Of a DNA stretch of 64,000 nucleotides, positions 48,644 to 58,101 are shown one piece after another. Origin of the DNA: Giardia intestinalis. Lineage: Eukaryota. Location of the stretch: assembly GCA_000002435.2 (NCBI GenBank), contig CM018793.1; one strand, given 5' to 3'. The first letter of the stretch is position 1, and each line of letters begins with the position of its first letter. Position numbers and translations under genes: made by a program. Under the pieces are notes generated by a model. It saw nothing but the letters and a program-made list of their open reading frames with translations. It did no database searches and was not told the origin of the DNA.

Positions 48644-49528
48644 TTAGGTCACTATATTCTGGTAAATGTAGTGTCTCCTTGAAAAGCTAAACGCAGGGGC
48701 TCTGCGTGTAGTTAATGTTAAACTACCAACATGGTAATGCCCTGGCCCGGGAGAAATCGTCTGAATCCCCTCGCAGACCTCGTTGAGTGACCTACCTTTC
48801 CGTTGGATCGTGAATGCAGGTGCGCTTCTTCTGAGCAGTCTAGGGTGGTATCCAGCCGGCCCTGGGCCTAATGTCTCTGTCGTCTGCCTGTGTCGAGACC
48901 CGAACGTGAACCCAGATGACGAGCACCACCGAGCAGGAACTTTAGGTGTGTAGTCTGCTGGGCCGGGAGCAGGGGCAGAGAGACTCAGGGGTCCTGTTGC
49001 GGGACTGGAGACAGGCCGCATGCCTATCGTCCCTCCGTGGATGCGGGGCCAGAGAGGCGTCATGCTCACCTGGTAATCTCCAGGCCCTGGAGTGGCATCC
49101 TGTGGCGGTGACCGGGGACGGCCCGAGATGCTTGAGGCTCTCGCAGACCGATGTGTTACAGCAATGCTTGGGATATGGTAATCTGCGGGTCCGGGGCTTC
49201 GCTCACGCAATACAGCAGACTGTGCTCTCCGAGGTTGGGTGCTAAATCGGTACGCTGGGGAGCGATGCCGGAGTGCGAGGGCGTTGCCATGATAATCACT
49301 GGGCCCCGGCGTGGACTGTATGCTAGATTGGCTTGTACGGCTCCTCATAGTGAACGCAGGCCCAGGATTGCGAAGGATTGGTGTGTAGTCAGCTGGCCCC
49401 GGAGATGACTCTACCGCCGAATTGTTGTAGCGCCTCTGAATTGTGAAGCGGGGACCGTCGTTTGTGCTTTTTGGACAATATCCGCCCGGACCAGGCCCGA
49501 TTGAGATGACATCGTTCCATTCTGGCAT
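48644..49528 (-). CDS. STPGR (sperm-tail PG-rich repeat, SHIPPO-type) protein.
   Basis: At least nine PGP[GAS]xY-type repeats: GPGPGGYCP, SPGPADYTP, TPGPSDYHG, SPGPADYHI, TPGPGDYQV, APGPADYTP, GPGPAGYHP, SPGPGHYHV. The first ATG is at 49528 (MPEWNDV...); the track start is a TTG. Confidence 0.7.
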   Translation of the reverse strand: MPEWNDVISIGPGPGGYCPKSTNDGPRFTIQRRYNNSAVESSPGPADYTPILRNPGPAFTMRSRTSQSSIQSTPGPSDYHGNALALRHRSPAYRFSTQPRRAQSAVLRERSPGPADYHIPSIAVTHRSARASSISGRPRSPPQDATPGPGDYQVSMTPLWPRIHGGTIGMRPVSSPATGPLSLSAPAPGPADYTPKVPARWCSSSGFTFGSRHRQTTETLGPGPAGYHPRLLRRSAPAFTIQRKGRSLNEVCEGIQTISPGPGHYHVGSLTLTTRRAPAFSFSRRHYIYQNIVT

Positions 49529-49587
49529 GGCGTATACAGATTGCCCAGTGTTTTTGAACAAAAATTGTTGCAAATTTCAATTTTGCT

Positions 49588-50442
49588 ATGAGCTGCTATG
49601 AGTATGTTTCTGAGGGCCCAGGACCAGGAGCGTATAACATACCGAGCAGCTTCACTTCTGCACGCTCATCTTCTAGGTCCCAATCGGCTGGAGCTCGCAG
49701 TAAGCGAGTTTCGGAGTCATCAGCAACCATCTCTGCAGTGGCTCAGAACATGTCTCGTCTCCATAAGCGCGTGCCCACTAAGTTAAGCGCTTCTAACTAT
49801 CAAACCGACGTAACCCCAGGGCCTGGAGCTTACAACTCGACAGGTCTGGAGCTTAAGAGTCACGGCCCCTCATTCTCTATAGGCCCCTCTCGTTCTCTCT
49901 CTCAGTCAGGAATGAGGCAAACTAGTAGGTCGAATTCTAGATCTGCGTCCCGCTCGACCGCACTCTCTGCAGTTTCCTATTCCTTGCTTGGAACACGTGC
50001 GACCAACCGGAGTGGCATAGCGCAAGATACAGCGACAGCTGGTGAAGTGCCTGGACCTGGGATGTACGACGTAAACATCTCATATGTCACGAGTAGCTCT
50101 CCTTCTTACTCCTTTGGAATCCGCTCCAAGACTCCGAAGCAAGGCCCCGTCACCCCTGGCCCTGGTGCATACAATCCGCGACCTCAGAGTTCGGGCCCAT
50201 CTTTTTCGCTGAGTGGGAGAAGTCCAGTGCGTAAACCCCGTACAGAGTCTCCCGGCCCCGGGGCATATAATCCTCAGCTGAAGAACACTGGTCCTTCCTT
50301 CTCCATGGGTGGAACGAGGAGCCCTGTACGAATACCGCAAGCAGATATCCCCGGCCCTGGAGCCTATGACTACAAGTTGCGCAACAACGGTCCCGCATTT
50401 ACGATGAGGAGCCGCAGCCCCGTCAAGCAGTACGTTGTCTAG
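49588..50442 (+). CDS. STPGR (sperm-tail PG-rich repeat) protein.
   Basis: Repeats GPGPGAYNI, TPGPGAYNS, VPGPGMYDV, TPGPGAYNP, SPGPGAYNP and IPGPGAYDY. ATG at 49588. It is a divergent paralogue of the previous gene across a 59-nt A/T-rich spacer. Confidence 0.75.
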   Translation: MSCYEYVSEGPGPGAYNIPSSFTSARSSSRSQSAGARSKRVSESSATISAVAQNMSRLHKRVPTKLSASNYQTDVTPGPGAYNSTGLELKSHGPSFSIGPSRSLSQSGMRQTSRSNSRSASRSTALSAVSYSLLGTRATNRSGIAQDTATAGEVPGPGMYDVNISYVTSSSPSYSFGIRSKTPKQGPVTPGPGAYNPRPQSSGPSFSLSGRSPVRKPRTESPGPGAYNPQLKNTGPSFSMGGTRSPVRIPQADIPGPGAYDYKLRNNGPAFTMRSRSPVKQYVV

Positions 50443-50483
50443 CATCGGTCATTCGAAGAAAATTCACTACCGTGTAGACAGCC

Positions 50484-52349
50484 TCACATTCTGTCGATCT
50501 CACGGATTCCAAGCAAGTGGAATGCCAGGCGGAGGCTCTGACGGGCCATTTCACACAGGACAAGACGAGATTTGTTGCAGACGCTGTCCCCAGACGCAGA
50601 AGTCTCAATGACTCGGCACTTTTCATAGAAGTCTGTGTACGCGGAGGCTACAGAGTACACCCAGTCACAAATACGGTGCGGACACAGATCTTCTAGAGTA
50701 AATAGAATGGTATCACGGACCTTCAACAGCGCAACTAAGAGATTAATTTCAGAGGGTTCTGTGATAGACAAGTTCCTGAGAGTGTCACTGGTGTAGAGCT
50801 CTTCCCGATCGATTCCGGCTTTGCGACAGATAGACGAGATTCGCGTAAAGCTATACAACAGGTATGCCGCAGTATTTCCTTTCAGATTGAGCATTCGCTT
50901 AGGGTCATACTTATAGTCCTTAATCCTGTGAGAGGACAAGTCAGCATATTTGACAGCTCCGTAGCCGACAGCCTCTGCAACCTGGCGCATTTCCTCTTGG
51001 CTGAACTCTTGGTCACGGTTGCGCTCCTCAAGGAGCCGCATGGACTCCGTGACCGCCTCATCGAGCAAATCCTCCAGCTTAACGGTCTCTCCTGCTCTTG
51101 TTTTGAGGCGCTTGCCATCGCTTCCGAGCACAACCCCGAATGGGACGTGCACGGCCTGGTCCTTTGTGATCCAGCCAGCCTTCTCAGCAGCTTTGAAAAC
51201 AAGATCAAAGTGACTCGACTGGCCGGCGTCAACAACGTACACGCACTTGTCCGCGTGAAGGACCTGGGTGCGGTGATAAATAGCTGCCATGTCTGTTGTG
51301 TCGTAAGTAAAGCCGCCGTCGGACTTGACGATGATGAGAGGATAGTCCATCCCCTCAATTGGTATGACAGTTGCCTTGTCGGACATCTGAGTCAAGTGGA
51401 GCCTTTTCAACCGCGCGACAGTGGTGCCCAGCTTGAACTTGTAGGAACTCTCTCCAAACTCATCAATCTTGATGTCTAGGCGATCATAAATGCGCTGAAA
51501 CTCGTGCCTAGAGATGTCACAAATCTTGCACCAGAGGTAAAACTCTGCCAAGTTGAGGCGTTGTAGCTTGACAACAGCCTCATAGGCCCGCTTCTGGAAG
51601 GCTGGATCGTTGTCAAATCTCTCCTTTGCTGCTTTGTAGAAGGCCACAAGGTTGTCGATTGGAAGCATTGTTATGCGCCTGCAGTGAGCCGCAGCATCAG
51701 CTATCTCTGGATGCATATCCGTTAGGTGAGTGATGAGCATGCCGAACTGCGTGCCCCAGTCGCCCACGTGGTTGATGCGGTGGACGTCATACCCCACATA
51801 CTCATAGAGACGGCAAATAGAGTCCCCGATAATCGTTGATCGCAGGTGACCCACGTGCATAGACTTTGCCACGTTAGGTGACGAAAAGTCGACGACAACG
51901 CGTTTTCTGGGTAGAGTGGGAGGCTTTGGCAGAGTCCCAAACGGCACGGCCATGTAGATGTCAAAGCACTTCGAAAGCAAATATGCAGGGGTGAGTGCAA
52001 TGTTTATGAAGCAGCCTGCTATATTAACTGCCTCTATGGGCTTGGGGCACCCCTTTTCCTCTGCATATTTGTCTTGGACACAAAGCATTGCTTGAGTGAA
52101 GAGACCAGACAGTTCGGCAGGATTTGACGGGAGTGCATCGTAGTGAAGATCCTTGATAAGCTTAGCAATGCCCATCGTGCTGTTGAACTGATAGTGCCCG
52201 TACTTAATGTTTGTGGTCGGCGTGACAAGAGGGGACGTGAAAACGCCGAGCATGCTCTCCTTCCAGCCTTCCTGAGCCGAGAGAGGGGCAATGTGATCTC
52301 CAAGAACGGTGTGCATGGCCTGGGCGCATATGTCCTTGAGGTCCTCCAT
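50484..52349 (-). CDS. Arginyl-tRNA synthetase, class I.
   Basis: An N-terminal additional domain is followed by the Rossmann fold with the HIGH variant SPNVAKSMHVGHLRSTIIGD. The C-terminal anticodon-binding (DALR-type) domain reads ...AYLLYSFTRISSICRKAG...LLKVRDTI. Overall length and layout are typical of ArgRS. Confidence 0.85.
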   Translation of the reverse strand: MEDLKDICAQAMHTVLGDHIAPLSAQEGWKESMLGVFTSPLVTPTTNIKYGHYQFNSTMGIAKLIKDLHYDALPSNPAELSGLFTQAMLCVQDKYAEEKGCPKPIEAVNIAGCFINIALTPAYLLSKCFDIYMAVPFGTLPKPPTLPRKRVVVDFSSPNVAKSMHVGHLRSTIIGDSICRLYEYVGYDVHRINHVGDWGTQFGMLITHLTDMHPEIADAAAHCRRITMLPIDNLVAFYKAAKERFDNDPAFQKRAYEAVVKLQRLNLAEFYLWCKICDISRHEFQRIYDRLDIKIDEFGESSYKFKLGTTVARLKRLHLTQMSDKATVIPIEGMDYPLIIVKSDGGFTYDTTDMAAIYHRTQVLHADKCVYVVDAGQSSHFDLVFKAAEKAGWITKDQAVHVPFGVVLGSDGKRLKTRAGETVKLEDLLDEAVTESMRLLEERNRDQEFSQEEMRQVAEAVGYGAVKYADLSSHRIKDYKYDPKRMLNLKGNTAAYLLYSFTRISSICRKAGIDREELYTSDTLRNLSITEPSEINLLVALLKVRDTILFTLEDLCPHRICDWVYSVASAYTDFYEKCRVIETSASGDSVCNKSRLVLCEMARQSLRLAFHLLGIREIDRM

Positions 52350-52417
52350 TTATTTCTAAATTCAATTGAAAAACGCTAGCAAAAGATAGTCTAGCAAGAG
52401 ATAGTCTATTCACTTTG

Positions 52418-54832
52418 TTACTGACGACTCATTTCCGAGAGCCCAGACGCCCCTGTGATCTGCGTTGAGACCTCGCTCAGTGTAGCCCCGTCAATTACCT
52501 TGATGACGGTGAGCGCGATTTGTTGCATAGACGGTTTGTGAGAAGATATTTTATTTATATGATGATAGAGAGAACTTAGACAAGGTTTGTAACGATTGGT
52601 AAGCATTGTTCGCCGTATCTTCAGAGCAGGTGTTAAAGATTCATCTTTTTGTGTCCAAGGTTGATGCTCTAAGATCACAGCCCTTGGGATTTCATAGGGT
52701 CTAAAGTTGCGGGCTACACATGCTTGATCGACCTCGCGCAGTATAGTGATTATTGCCGCTTCTTTGATAACTAATTCGCTGTTAGATAGATGGGCAAGGT
52801 CCTTGACTGTGCCTGGCGTCGCAGAGAGAACAGCTCGAAGTTCGGTAAAGTTTGGCACTATGATAGCAAGCAGATATGACTGAAGTCTGTCACCATAGAC
52901 AAAACACTGATCTATAAGTTTAGATTGGAGCAGAGTATTTTCAATGGTCGTTGTACAAATGAACTCTCCCTGAGATAATTTGAAAATACAGCCCTTGCGG
53001 TCAATCAGACGCAGTTCCCCAAGGGACCTATCGTATTCCCCTATGTCTCCCGTCATGAACCAGCCGTCCTCGGTGAGCGTCTCTTTGGTCTTGGCGTCGT
53101 CGTTGTAGTAGCCACTGAAGACCGAGGGCCCCTTGATCCAGACCTCTCCGCGCGGGTTTGGCTTGTCCGTCACAAGATAGTCCATGTCAGGGACAGAGGT
53201 AAGGCGTATCTTGGTGGAACTATCCAGGGTCACACCGACATAGCCCCAATGGTTCGTGTTTATGGACTGAACCGTCCCATGTGCTGCCGTCTCAGTCATC
53301 CCCCAGCCTTCTATCACTTGTGTATCGCATGCGATATGTAGAAACTCGCCAACTTTCTGTGAAAGAGGAGCAGATCCTGTCACGCAAAGAGAGCAGCGGC
53401 CTCCCAAGAGAGCCTTTGTTGCTGAGAAGAATATATTTGTCCATCTGGGCCAGCTGGTGTTACGCCTCATGGCTTTACGCCGGGTTGAGAACACCAAGAA
53501 AAAAAGAAATCTCCGAAATACTGAGAGCTTTTCAATGCTGGCCATAATTCCTTCGAAGAGCCTGTTGAGGATACGCGGCACGGCGATAAAGATAGTGGGA
53601 CGCAGAGCTTGGATATCATTTGTCAATCCTTTGATAGAGCCGCACCAGAAGCCCGTGGCACCGCTACAGTACCACATGACCCCCTGAATGACTCGCTGAT
53701 AAATGTGCGCATTAGGAAGGTAAGAGAGATTAAATTCTTGCACATTTGGGCGCTTTTCAACCCGATGCTCAGCCATTGATGCACTAGTCCAGAGGACGTT
53801 TCCCTGGGTCAGCTTAACTCCTTTTGGGTTTCCAGTAGTTCCAGATGTGTAGACCAATGTCATCAGATCGTCTGGCCCTGTGAGGTCTAGGGCATACACA
53901 GGTGTGATCAGTGTATCTGGACTGAGGTACGCCTTTCTGAAGTCGACGCCACGGTAAGCAGAGGCTTTACGGCCACAGGCCATCACTCCGTGCAGCGTAT
54001 AGCTCACCAAGTGCAACACATTAATTGGTGAACCAGTCTTGTCAAGATCGTGAGAAACTTCTAGGGAAGGAAGGTAGGTGTACTGACAAGTGAATGGATC
54101 ATCAACCTGCTCAGATGGAATGCTATTGCAAACAAGGCGACGTGGATAGCGAATTTTGGTTCCTGCCTTATGGGCCTTCTCTGCAGGAGTAAGGGCTCGC
54201 TCAAAGGCAATCCCATCTACTCTATCGTCAGCATCGCACTCTTCAAAAGATTTATAAGCAACTGGAACAGATGACGGAAGAGGATGCTTAATCTTCGTAG
54301 CGTGGGCCCAGGCCTTGTGGAGAAACCATCTGTCGTCATACCTATCATCGAAAAGTATAACAGTCTTGACCATGGGGCAGCTGAGCGCAGCAGTGCTCCA
54401 CGTGTGAAGTGTATCGAGAGTAAGAAAGACGGTTGTGACATGGGAGTCGTTGGCTATGAAAATAGTATCAGTCAAGGAGAGGGTGTCATAGATGGGGACT
54501 GTCACGACTCCCAGTGCACTACATGCTAGATCTACCAACGCCCACTCAACCCTATTAGCTGACATGATCCCCGCATGGTCTCCTTGCTTGATCCCAATTG
54601 CTTGCAATCCATAGAAGAGCTCACTGGACATACGAAGAACATCAAGATACGAGTACCACTCATAATCACCCCGTGCCTCGGGGTTTTCATCGTTCCGGGC
54701 AAGGAACTCGCGTGTACCGAGACAGCGTCTTCTTGGTGTCTTCAGGGCTCGTTGACAGAAAAGCCGTGAAATAGTGGCAATTGAGTCGTCAACAATGAAC
54801 TCAGGAGCCTCGAAGGGTATAAGAAACGTCAT
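52418..54832 (-). CDS. Long-chain acyl-CoA synthetase, AMP-binding family.
   Basis: AMP-binding motif I LVYTSGTTGNPKGVKLTQGN. Motif II region GWGMTETAAHGT. Motif III GDIGEYDRSLGELRLIDRKGCIFKLSQGEFI. The track ORF starts at GTG 54889. The first ATG is at 54832 (MTFLIPFEAPEF...). Confidence 0.85.
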   Translation of the reverse strand: MTFLIPFEAPEFIVDDSIATISRLFCQRALKTPRRRCLGTREFLARNDENPEARGDYEWYSYLDVLRMSSELFYGLQAIGIKQGDHAGIMSANRVEWALVDLACSALGVVTVPIYDTLSLTDTIFIANDSHVTTVFLTLDTLHTWSTAALSCPMVKTVILFDDRYDDRWFLHKAWAHATKIKHPLPSSVPVAYKSFEECDADDRVDGIAFERALTPAEKAHKAGTKIRYPRRLVCNSIPSEQVDDPFTCQYTYLPSLEVSHDLDKTGSPINVLHLVSYTLHGVMACGRKASAYRGVDFRKAYLSPDTLITPVYALDLTGPDDLMTLVYTSGTTGNPKGVKLTQGNVLWTSASMAEHRVEKRPNVQEFNLSYLPNAHIYQRVIQGVMWYCSGATGFWCGSIKGLTNDIQALRPTIFIAVPRILNRLFEGIMASIEKLSVFRRFLFFLVFSTRRKAMRRNTSWPRWTNIFFSATKALLGGRCSLCVTGSAPLSQKVGEFLHIACDTQVIEGWGMTETAAHGTVQSINTNHWGYVGVTLDSSTKIRLTSVPDMDYLVTDKPNPRGEVWIKGPSVFSGYYNDDAKTKETLTEDGWFMTGDIGEYDRSLGELRLIDRKGCIFKLSQGEFICTTTIENTLLQSKLIDQCFVYGDRLQSYLLAIIVPNFTELRAVLSATPGTVKDLAHLSNSELVIKEAAIITILREVDQACVARNFRPYEIPRAVILEHQPWTQKDESLTPALKIRRTMLTNRYKPCLSSLYHHINKISSHKPSMQQIALTVIKVIDGATLSEVSTQITGASGLSEMSRQ

Positions 54833-54876
54833 AGTACGACAGAAAGTTCTTTCTAGGAATTTAAAAAGACGGTCGA

Positions 54877-55737
54877 ATGGCTCATACACTCGAGTCCGAC
54901 TATACTAAAGGGGCACTGATTGGAGAAGGCCGTTTCGCAAAGGTATTCCTTTGCATTCCTCCGGATTCTGGGGATCTCTACGCGGTTAAGGAGGTGGTCT
55001 ATGGAGGACCAGACCAAGAGTGTAGCTCTGAAGCCCTGTTAGCGATGCTTCGAAAGGAGGCCAACCTGTTCTCAAGGCTTGCTCATAGATGTCTTCCAAA
55101 GACGGTGTCTGTATACAACAACCCCCTAACAAGTACCTGGCATACCGTGATAGAACTCTTTGACAACGGGGACCTGGCCACAATGATCTCAGAGTATAGC
55201 CAGGCAAACGTTCGAATTCCCGAAGAACGGGTGTTAGAGATCTTCGGTCAACTTACGGACGTGTTAGCCTATCTGCATGAGACATACAAGACCGACTCAG
55301 CAGAAGTCCACCAAATTGTGCACAGAAACCTGCGGCCAGAGAACATCTTACTGAAGCTCAACGGGCTTATCGGTCTTGCAACCCTTCGTCTGGCTGAAGA
55401 GCAAGAGCTTCCCCGCAGGCATATGGATCGCCTTGCTCCGAGCCCATACCTGGCCCCCGAGGCTCTTGCAGGCGAGCCCTACGGTGCAATGGCTGATGCC
55501 TGGTCCCTGGGTTGCATCATCTCAGAAATGTGTACTCTGGAGCGTCTATTCGACGCCTCTGGCCCGGCGCCTGGCAAGCTCCCAGTGAACTTGACGGGCT
55601 TAGGTTACTCCAAGACCCTGGAGGTACTTGTGAATGCGCTCCTTCAAGAGAATGTCAATGTCCGCTGCTCTGTGGTAGATATGCGGCATAACCCTGTTCT
55701 AATTCAGGCCCGTTCGGCGGTCTTTATCAGAGATTAG
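54877..55737 (+). CDS. NEK-like protein kinase domain, predicted catalytically inactive (pseudokinase).
   Basis: Kinase subdomains I-II are present: LIGEGRFAKVFLCIPPDSGDLYAVKEV. The catalytic loop reads HRNLRPENILL (HRD to HRN). No DFG motif is present (LATLRLAEE). The APE-like motif is LAPEAL. Confidence 0.7.
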   Translation: MAHTLESDYTKGALIGEGRFAKVFLCIPPDSGDLYAVKEVVYGGPDQECSSEALLAMLRKEANLFSRLAHRCLPKTVSVYNNPLTSTWHTVIELFDNGDLATMISEYSQANVRIPEERVLEIFGQLTDVLAYLHETYKTDSAEVHQIVHRNLRPENILLKLNGLIGLATLRLAEEQELPRRHMDRLAPSPYLAPEALAGEPYGAMADAWSLGCIISEMCTLERLFDASGPAPGKLPVNLTGLGYSKTLEVLVNALLQENVNVRCSVVDMRHNPVLIQARSAVFIRD

Positions 55738-55784
55738 TTTGAGGTAGTCCTCGCATTTAAAAAAGGATTTTGCTTTCAGGGAAG

Positions 55785-57239
55785 ATGCAACTTCAAGATG
55801 TTGAAATACGTAAATACTACAGGAACGGGCGCCAAATTGGCGGTGGAGGGCTAGGCCGGGTTTATATGGTCACCAGGATCTCAGATGGTTGCACCCTTGT
55901 TGCCAAGGAGATCACCTATGCGACTCTGAGCGACGACGCCGTCAACGGCCTCATAAAGGCAGCGATAGAAGCTTCCGCTTTCGACCACCCCAATATTGTC
56001 CGCATACACGCTATTCTTCGCGATCAGAAGCGACAACTGATATCTATAGTACAAAGCTACCTGCCCGGCAGCAACCTTAGTAATGTTGCCAAGAAATACC
56101 ACATACTCAAGAAGCACTGCCCCGAGCAACTGGTTTGGTCGATCATCCGTCAGGTTGCAGAGGCTTTTAATTACATACACAGCCGTCATTACGACTTCAA
56201 CCGTATCTACCACCGAAATGTCAAGGGCACCAATATTATACTTACTCCCGGTGGACGCGCGGTTCTCACGGATTGCTGCCTGGTTGGACACAACCTGGAA
56301 GGTGTTTATGACCCTTACCGCGTGATTTCAGATGCGGGGTACATAGCCCCAGAAATAGCGGAGTATTGTCCCTTCAAGCCTCCGGCAGATGTGTGGAGTC
56401 TTGGTACGTGTCTTTATGAGCTTTGTCAGGGCCGCAAGCTCTTCCACACCCACACGGAAGCAACTCTCTTGACTGAGCAGAAGGGATTGAAGCGACCGAT
56501 CCCTATCGCCTGTTCCGAAGAACTCGCCAGGTTTATTAATAAGATGTTGGAGCCGTCCCCCGATGATAGGCCTACAGTTGGGGCAATCCTCTCAAATCTT
56601 CGTGTTGCAAATGCTTACCTGCCTGAAAACCTTGACCCTTCCCGTCTTGCGAGGGGCGATCCTGTTCACTGTGACGCGTCTCCTGAAAGCTGTGAAGAGC
56701 ACTATCTCGTCCCTGTCGACATACTCTTGGATTGGGACTCGAAGTCTTCTACATCTGCACCTACAGCGGTGCCTCAGGAGCCTTCTGGGGCACATGAAGA
56801 GGCTCTGGCGACCGCTCCCCCTGCTGACCCTCACGCTGGGACATCCTCACTTGCACAGGAGTTGCCTTCTCAGACTAGCAATTTGCCCCCGAATCGTCTA
56901 AGCGATCCAGAATCGGTGTCTGTTCCCGCTCTAAATTACCAGGCCCCCTTGATTCCAGAGCAAGTTACCACAAAACCGAAACAGGGATCTATTTCGGCTC
57001 GCACTGAAACCCCTTTACAATCAAGGCTTCCTGTGGGTGTCATCCCCCCGAAGGCTTATTCAATGAAATTGTCTCCAGTGACGGCTCCTCGGGATTCTAT
57101 GAACAACACTAGCGTATTTACTAACCCTAGTATAAGTGCTCATCATGAAGTCGACGCAATTGTGGAGGATGATGACCTGGCCGTTGCTGCTGCTCCCTTA
57201 ATGACTAAATTAGAAAGCGTTGCCCGTGAAGTTATGTAA
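55785..57239 (+). CDS. NEK-like protein kinase domain plus a C-terminal S/P-rich tail, predicted pseudokinase.
   Basis: IGGGGLGRVYMVTRISDGCTLVAKEI. The catalytic loop is YHRNVKGTNIIL (HRD to HRN). The DFG position reads LTDCCL. An APE motif is present, YIAPEIAE. The first ATG is at 55785; the track start is a TTG. Confidence 0.7.
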   Translation: MQLQDVEIRKYYRNGRQIGGGGLGRVYMVTRISDGCTLVAKEITYATLSDDAVNGLIKAAIEASAFDHPNIVRIHAILRDQKRQLISIVQSYLPGSNLSNVAKKYHILKKHCPEQLVWSIIRQVAEAFNYIHSRHYDFNRIYHRNVKGTNIILTPGGRAVLTDCCLVGHNLEGVYDPYRVISDAGYIAPEIAEYCPFKPPADVWSLGTCLYELCQGRKLFHTHTEATLLTEQKGLKRPIPIACSEELARFINKMLEPSPDDRPTVGAILSNLRVANAYLPENLDPSRLARGDPVHCDASPESCEEHYLVPVDILLDWDSKSSTSAPTAVPQEPSGAHEEALATAPPADPHAGTSSLAQELPSQTSNLPPNRLSDPESVSVPALNYQAPLIPEQVTTKPKQGSISARTETPLQSRLPVGVIPPKAYSMKLSPVTAPRDSMNNTSVFTNPSISAHHEVDAIVEDDDLAVAAAPLMTKLESVAREVM

Positions 57240-57327
57240 ATAGCTCCTTCTGTACTACGGTGACAATCTAAAGCTTATGTGCCCCTTGAAGCTACGCCGA
57301 CACCCGTTGCGCTGACTGTAAAAACTT

Positions 57328-58095
57328 ATGATACCAGGCTATGTTGGTGATGACACAGAATCTGGCCCTTTAGTTCCGCCAATGCCTAGCAACGGTAACT
57401 CTAGCAAAAAGAAGGGCGTCTGGCAGCTGTTTGAAGGTAAAAGCAAAAAGGCCGTAGGAGGCCCACAGGTGTCTCCGCCCCTCCAACAACCTAGCTTCAC
57501 TATGCAGCAACCCCCACAAGTACGTCAGACAGCGGAGCAAAACGAAATGGATCTATACTACGGGTCTCTGGTGCAAGAATTGGGGATAGATCTGCGTCTA
57601 GTGGGGAAAAAGCTTCTCTCCATCCTGCCTTTTGTCCCCGTCTCAGACGAAGTTGCGCAGAGCGGAGACATGATTATCGGTATTTGCGTGCTAATAGTGT
57701 TCACCTTTGTCAACCTCCTCACCAAGTCGACCGGTACGCACCTAGGCTTCCTGTTTGGAGTGTACATCTACGGATCACTTCTTCTAACGTTTCTTCTGTC
57801 CATGCTCCAGCAAACAGCAGTCCACCTGGACCTCTATACGGTCATGTCTGCGCTCTCATATGGGCTACTTCCCCTGCTGATCCCTATGATAATCTGTTCA
57901 TTTTTAAGGCAAGAGGCTTTAGAACATGCCCAGAAGGTGGTCGTTATCGGATATTTGGGGGCTGCAGTAGCGTCTAGTCTCATATCAACAAAACTACTAA
58001 ATGCTGCAGTAAGGTTGGAGAATGTAAAGACTCTGATTGCAATTCCAGCATTTCTTATAACAATGTGTTATGTTCTTGTGCAAATATCGAAGTAA
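57328..58095 (+). CDS. Yip1-domain family membrane protein.
   Basis: An N-terminal cytosolic P/Q-rich segment and the motif DLYYGSLVQELGIDL, followed by five hydrophobic helices: IIGICVLIVFTFVNLL, LFGVYIYGSLLLTFLLSML, LLPLLIPMIICSFL, VIGYLGAAVASSLI and IAIPAFLITMCYVLV. Confidence 0.6.
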   Translation: MIPGYVGDDTESGPLVPPMPSNGNSSKKKGVWQLFEGKSKKAVGGPQVSPPLQQPSFTMQQPPQVRQTAEQNEMDLYYGSLVQELGIDLRLVGKKLLSILPFVPVSDEVAQSGDMIIGICVLIVFTFVNLLTKSTGTHLGFLFGVYIYGSLLLTFLLSMLQQTAVHLDLYTVMSALSYGLLPLLIPMIICSFLRQEALEHAQKVVVIGYLGAAVASSLISTKLLNAAVRLENVKTLIAIPAFLITMCYVLVQISK

Positions 58096-58101
58096 ATATC
58101 A

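Noticed and set aside
49601-49607. GTATGTT heptamer inside the STPGR gene (codons EYVS), which resembles an intron donor.
   Set aside because: No CTRACACACAG acceptor motif downstream. The reading frame with PGPxxY repeats is continuous through it.
54889-54889. Starts at TTG or GTG (the 'M' in the track) for many genes: 54889, 10097, 6718, 5812, 42789, 47805, 45703, 49573, 55770, 63894.
   Set aside because: There is no evidence for non-ATG initiation. I moved each start to the first in-frame ATG, which also removes most apparent gene overlaps.
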